Positions 59,568 through 64,000 of a DNA stretch of 64,000 bases are shown one piece after another (the first letter of the stretch is position 1; each line of letters starts with the position of its first letter). A program made the position numbers and the translations under genes. Origin of the DNA: Planctomycetota bacterium (lineage in GTDB: Bacteria; Planctomycetota; JACOTG01); contig JACOTG010000079.1 of assembly GCA_016178505.1 (NCBI GenBank), positions 1,810 through 65,809 on the forward strand, given 5' to 3'. The notes beneath the pieces were generated by a model. The model was not told the DNA's origin and made no database searches. It was given only the letters and a program-made list of their open reading frames with translations.

Positions 59568-61024
59568 GCGAGGAAAGCCGGACCCCTTCGCCCGCTGATC
59601 GGCAAAAGCAAGACGTCGACACGCGCCGCACCCCTTCGCCCGCTGATCGGCAAAAGCAAGACGTCGAAGAACGCCGGACCCCTTCGCACGCCGATCGGCA
59701 AAAGCAAGACGTCGAGGCACGCCGCACCCCTTCGCCCGCCGACCCGCTCGAGCGGAACTTCGCCGACATCGCTCCGCCGCTCACGCGCGATGCCGCGCTC
59801 GTCGAATCGTCGAAGTGCCTCTTCTGCTACGACGCGCCGTGCACGATCGCGTGCCCAACGCACATCGACGTGCCCGCGTTCATCAAGAAGATCGCCAGCG
59901 GCAACCTGCGCGGCTCGGCGCGCGTGATCCTCGACGCGAACCCGATGGGCCACTCGTGCGCGCGCGCGTGCCCGGTCGAGGTCCTGTGCGAAGGCGCGTG
60001 CGTGCTCAATGCGCGTGACGAGAAGCCGATCGCCATCGCGCTCCTGCAGCGTCACGCGACCGATTACGTGCTCGAGAAAAAGCTACGGCTCTTCGAGCCG
60101 GGCAAGGCGACCGGAAAGAAGGTCGCGATCGTCGGCGCCGGGCCCGCGGGCCTCTCCGCCGCGCAGGACCTACGACGCTGGGGCCATGCCGTCACGATGT
60201 TCGAGTCGAAGCCGCAGCCCGGCGGGCTCAACACGTACGGCATCGCCGAGTACAAGATGAAGGCGCCGCTCGCGCTCGCGGAGGCTCGGACGATCCTCGA
60301 CCTCGGCGTCGAACTGCGCTGCGGCGTCACGATCGGTCGCGACGTCGCGTTCGCGGATCTCGAAAAACAGTTCGACGCGATCTTCGTCGCGGTCGGGCTC
60401 GGCGCGACGCGCACGCTCGGCATTCCCGGCGAGGACCTGCCCGGCGTCGAGGAAGCGCTCGCGTTCATCGAGCGCCTGAAGACGCAACCGTACTCGAAGA
60501 CGACCGTCGGGCGCCGCGTCGTCGTCGTGGGTGCGGGCAACACCGCGATCGACGCCGTCACGCAGGCGAAGCGCCTCGGCGCGGAGCGCGCGACCATCGT
60601 CTACCGCCGCGGCGAGCGCGACGTGCCCGCGTACCGCTACGAACAGGAGCTCGCGAAGAAGGACGGCTGCGAGTTCCGCTTCAACGAATCACCCGTCCGC
60701 ATCCTCGGCAACGCACGCGGCGTCACCGGCATCGAGTGCGTGCGCACCGAAGCCGCGGCCGGCCGCAAGGGCGACGTCGTCGCGATCGCCGGCAGCGAGC
60801 ACGTCATCGAATGCGACACCGTGCTGAAGGCTCTCGGCCAAACCCCGCGCGACGAGTTCGCGCGCGCGGCGGGCGTGCGCCTCGAAAACGGCCGCATGAC
60901 GAGCGCGAAGCCCAACGTCTTCGTCGGCGGCGACTGTGCGAACGGCGGCAAAGAAATCGTCAACGCCGCCGCCGAAGGAAAAGCCGCCGCCCGCAAGATC
61001 CACGTGTCGCTCCTCGGCTCATAG
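59564..61024 (+). CDS. preT: Dihydropyrimidine dehydrogenase NAD(P)H/FAD subunit (GltD-like) with an N-terminal repeat extension
   Basis: ATGA overlap; CLFCYDAPCTIACP, CARACPVEVLCEGAC, GAGPAG, GAGNTAID; operon context. Confidence 0.85.
   Translation: MSEESRTPSPADRQKQDVDTRRTPSPADRQKQDVEERRTPSHADRQKQDVEARRTPSPADPLERNFADIAPPLTRDAALVESSKCLFCYDAPCTIACPTHIDVPAFIKKIASGNLRGSARVILDANPMGHSCARACPVEVLCEGACVLNARDEKPIAIALLQRHATDYVLEKKLRLFEPGKATGKKVAIVGAGPAGLSAAQDLRRWGHAVTMFESKPQPGGLNTYGIAEYKMKAPLALAEARTILDLGVELRCGVTIGRDVAFADLEKQFDAIFVAVGLGATRTLGIPGEDLPGVEEALAFIERLKTQPYSKTTVGRRVVVVGAGNTAIDAVTQAKRLGAERATIVYRRGERDVPAYRYEQELAKKDGCEFRFNESPVRILGNARGVTGIECVRTEAAAGRKGDVVAIAGSEHVIECDTVLKALGQTPRDEFARAAGVRLENGRMTSAKPNVFVGGDCANGGKEIVNAAAEGKAAARKIHVSLLGS
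59570..59743 (+). repeat. In-frame 48-bp tandem repeat, ~3.6 copies
   Basis: Units start at 59570, 59618, 59666 and 59714, encoding xxxRTPSPADRQKQDV. Confidence 0.93.
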
Positions 61025-61182
61025 CGGGAAGTCTCTCAGCGACGCGGCAACATGTAAGAACTGCGTTCGGCGTTGCACCTCGTGCACCACCGCCCGGCCA
61101 GCGATATGCCGAGAAGCGACGTTACACGGCCAACGACCCGCCGTCCGGAATCGGCCGTTCACCCCTGATCACCGACCACCCA

Positions 61183-61806
61183 TTACCGATCCTCGACCAC
61201 CTGCGGCCGCGTGCTCTCCATGATGGCCAAGAGTTCTTTCTGTTCTGGGTTCGCGATTTGGAGCTTGTCGAGCGTCACTTTGAGATCGCCGATCGTCGCG
61301 TCGAACTCGGCGTTCGTGATGTGCATGCCGTGATGCACCTCCTTCATGTCGCGGCCCTCGTACTCGGCCGGTCCGCCCGTCGCGAGCGAAATGAATTGAG
61401 CGAACATCCGCTTGAGACGCGCCACCTCGCCGTCCGTGAGTTCCCGTTGCATCGAGTGCGAACCGATTCCGAGGAAGCCGCCGCTCGAGACGCCCTTTCG
61501 CTCCCAGTTGACGCGGGGATCGGCGATAGCCCGGTTCACGAAATCGTCGACGATCGCGTCGATGCCCGAATCGCCCCCGAGCCGCTCGTTCAGCGTCTTC
61601 TTGTCGGTCGCCTTCGAGCCGTCGCCGGCCCGATTGGCACCGCCGAGCTGACCGGCCTTTGCCATTCTCTGCTCGGCGCGTTGGTCGGCCTCGCGGCTCC
61701 CCGATGTGAAAAAAGTGCGGTCCTTCGTTTCCTGGCTGCCGCATCCCGCAACGAATGCGAGCATCACGGCAACGAACCCATCGACGCATCGCTTGATCCG
61801 ACTCAT
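61183..61806 (-). CDS. Group 1 truncated hemoglobin with a lipoprotein signal
   Basis: ATG overlaps the upstream TGA; lipobox VAGC; TLNERLGG, IVDDFV, DPRVN, TGGPAEYEGRDMKEVHHGMHITNAEF. Confidence 0.88.
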   Translation of the reverse strand: MSRIKRCVDGFVAVMLAFVAGCGSQETKDRTFFTSGSREADQRAEQRMAKAGQLGGANRAGDGSKATDKKTLNERLGGDSGIDAIVDDFVNRAIADPRVNWERKGVSSGGFLGIGSHSMQRELTDGEVARLKRMFAQFISLATGGPAEYEGRDMKEVHHGMHITNAEFDATIGDLKVTLDKLQIANPEQKELLAIMESTRPQVVEDR

Positions 61807-62972
61807 TTGTCGACCTCGCTTCCCACGGATATCGGCTCGGTCACGCTGCCCTTTCCGAAATGCAGGCCATTGATGTCTTCCGCGGTTCCCTCGAGTCGGG
61901 GCAGATACGCTCGGATGAACGCGTTGCGAAGGATGTTGCCGACGACGGTGAGAATGTCGGTCTGAGGGCCGTTCAGATCGCCGGTGAGCGGAATGACCGT
62001 CGCCAACACGTCGTGCGGTTGATTCCTGAAGAGCTGCGACGAGATCTCGACGACCGCTTCCCAGAACAGCTCGAGGACGTTGTCCTTGGGAATGTCGTTC
62101 CGGAGGCTGAGCACCGTGATATCGCGGAAGAGCGGCTTCACATAGCCATCGAGCTGCCCTTCTTTCGCATTCAGCTCGACGACCAGATCGAAGGTTCCGG
62201 CTTCGAAGTCGAACGCGCCGTACGCTCGCGCGAGCGAGTTCGTCTTGGTGACGTCGAGACCGAGGAGCCGACCGGCAACCTCGAACGTCGGCCGATACGA
62301 GAACGGATCGAGTTTCATCTCGTACTCGAACTCGGCTTGGTCCATTGCGAGGCCTTTGGCCGTGACCGTCGTGATCAGCGGCGCGGTCTCGTCGAAGACG
62401 TTCGTGAGGTTCTCGATCGAGCCCTCGATCTTGCTCAAGTAGACGTCGACCGGTTCTCGCGTGTGAAACGCGCGAAAGTGAATCGAGCCCTGATGGACGA
62501 GCGCGCGATTGATGTCGAATGGCGAGAGAGCCTGGATCATCGCCAGCCACGGACCGCCGGCGCCGGTTTGCATCTTCGACGGTTCCTCGGCGTCGACGAA
62601 GTTCAACTCCGGTTCGTCGAGTTCCATCCGTCCCACGAGTTTGCCGTGCCAGAGCGCGTCCCATTGGATGGCAAGGTCCACACGCTTCGCGGCGAACAGC
62701 GGAACCGGGACGTTTCCGGTCGTCTTGTTGAGCCGGACGTCGCTGATCGAGTAAGCGCCGCGCCACAGGTGGACGCCGACGTCGCCGATGCGTCCCTCGT
62801 AGAGCGGGTTCTCGTCGATGACTCGATTGACGTACCAGCGAAGTACGGAAGGAAGCGCGAGCCGCAACCCGACGAGCACTCCCGCGAGAACGACGACCGC
62901 GACGCCGGCAATGCGCCATCGCGAGCGACGTTTCTTCGCGAGCGGTTTCGATGTTCGAGCGGTTTCGAGCAA
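61803..62972 (-). CDS. DUF748/AsmA-like membrane-anchored protein
   Basis: N-terminal TM helix, RLALP...YVN, YEGRIGDVGVHLWRGAYSI, GYVKPLF, NILRNAFIRA. Confidence 0.75.
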   Translation of the reverse strand: MLETARTSKPLAKKRRSRWRIAGVAVVVLAGVLVGLRLALPSVLRWYVNRVIDENPLYEGRIGDVGVHLWRGAYSISDVRLNKTTGNVPVPLFAAKRVDLAIQWDALWHGKLVGRMELDEPELNFVDAEEPSKMQTGAGGPWLAMIQALSPFDINRALVHQGSIHFRAFHTREPVDVYLSKIEGSIENLTNVFDETAPLITTVTAKGLAMDQAEFEYEMKLDPFSYRPTFEVAGRLLGLDVTKTNSLARAYGAFDFEAGTFDLVVELNAKEGQLDGYVKPLFRDITVLSLRNDIPKDNVLELFWEAVVEISSQLFRNQPHDVLATVIPLTGDLNGPQTDILTVVGNILRNAFIRAYLPRLEGTAEDINGLHFGKGSVTEPISVGSEVDK

Positions 62973-63264
62973 ACAACACCTCTCGGCGGCACCGAGCTTC
63001 GGGAAACATTTGCAAGGCGAAGCACGGAAACCGGCAGCCGCGTCGCAAAGCAAATTCGAGACCTCGCCCGCCGCTCGCTTGACGCGGGTCGGGGATCGTC
63101 GACGCCGCGGGCAGAACCGAGGGACCCCATCCGAGCGCGGCCGGCCGCCGGCATCGAGTTGCGGGTCGGCGATTGTCGATCGATGGTCGGCGGTCGGTGG
63201 GGATATACTGGCCGGATCGGAGCCGTCGCCAAATCATGGGAGCGCGAGACAGGAGCCCTTAGAC

Positions 63265-64000
63265 ATGAAGAGGTTTTTCGAAGCCGTGCTGGTCGCCCTG
63301 TTTTTCGCCACGCTCGTCCGAGCGCAAGAGTCGACGCCGGCTCGCACCGAGTGGGGATCTCCAGCGGCGAACGAGCCGATCGCAAACGCCATCGCGCGCG
63401 CGACGAAGGAGAACCAGCGCGTGCTCGTCGTGTGGCAGGCCGATTGGTCCTCGACGCTGAAAGAGGTCGGCGCGCTCCTGAAGTCGAACAAGGAGATCGC
63501 GCGCAAGATCCTGTACGAGTATCAGGTCGTCACGATCGACATCGACAAGGAGAATCTGGCGCATCGGAACATCGCGCAGGGCGAGTCCGCGTCCGTCTCG
63601 GTCGTCGACACCAACGGCGAAACGCTCGCGAGCTTCGGCCCGACCGTGTCCGCATCGGGCCCGATCGACCCGCAGCCGATCCTTGCGTTCCTCACGAAGT
63701 GGCAACGGGAGCCGCTCGACGCGAAGCAGGTCCTCGCCAACGCGCTCGCCGCGGCGAAGGAATCAGACAAGCGCGTCTTCCTCCATTTCGGCGCGCCGTG
63801 GTGCGGCTGGTGCAAGAAGCTGGAGGCGTGGATGGCGCGCGCCGACGTCGCCGCGCTCCTCGCGAAGGACTTCGTCGACGTGAAGGTCGACACCGACCGC
63901 ATGACCGGCGGGGCCGAGATGCTGAAGAGCTACCGCAGAAGCGACCAGGGCGGCATCCCGTGGTTTCTCACGCTCGACGCGGCCGGCGCGACGTTCGCCA
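63265..64000 (+). CDS. Secreted two-domain thioredoxin-family protein; 3' end outside window
   Basis: AGGAG RBS, ATG 63265, signal peptide; domain 2 has FGAPWCGWC and GGIPWF; domain 1 has WQADWSSTL; absent from the ORF track because there is no stop in the window. Confidence 0.88.
   Translation, partial: MKRFFEAVLVALFFATLVRAQESTPARTEWGSPAANEPIANAIARATKENQRVLVVWQADWSSTLKEVGALLKSNKEIARKILYEYQVVTIDIDKENLAHRNIAQGESASVSVVDTNGETLASFGPTVSASGPIDPQPILAFLTKWQREPLDAKQVLANALAAAKESDKRVFLHFGAPWCGWCKKLEAWMARADVAALLAKDFVDVKVDTDRMTGGAEMLKSYRRSDQGGIPWFLTLDAAGATFA

Noticed and set aside
59570-59743. Possible CRISPR mini-array
   Set aside because: The variable parts are only ~12 bp and similar to one another, the period is an in-frame 48 bp inside a CDS, and there are no cas genes
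63005-63065. c-di-GMP-I riboswitch-like words (GGCGAAG...GAAA...CGCAAAGC)
   Set aside because: The stem around GAAA does not pair convincingly; an Infernal search with RF01051 would be needed

Overview
High-GC bacterial chromosomal window, probably Planctomycetota (inferred from Ser/Thr kinase-TPR proteins, ECF sigma factors, carboxypeptidase-regulatory-like and IPT/HYR secreted proteins, and a sulfatase). Two signals stand out. (1) A tightly coupled five-gene operon (22851-29998) encodes a membrane-anchored ferredoxin/FAD-NAD(P)H oxidoreductase, a four-His membrane protein, 23- and 16-CxxCH multiheme cytochromes and a predicted outer-membrane beta-barrel. It is a candidate cytoplasm-to-surface electron conduit and is divergent from a Met-rich secreted protein. 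(2) A hidden secreted selenoprotein (13877-15049, minus), split in two by the ORF caller, has an in-frame TGA at the first Cys of a thioredoxin U-S-T-C motif followed by a SECIS-like hairpin. Also present: a reductive pyrimidine catabolism cluster lacking preA, a CheB/CheR-PAS kinase with a NarL-type regulator, a degenerate globin sensor, a lipoprotein truncated hemoglobin, a class A beta-lactamase, two REP-like repeat families, a candidate MITE, several gene remnants, and three genes broken by ~100-nt frameshifting deletions that may be assembly artefacts. No rRNA, tRNA or CRISPR array was seen. All calls come from reading motifs by eye; no database searches were run.
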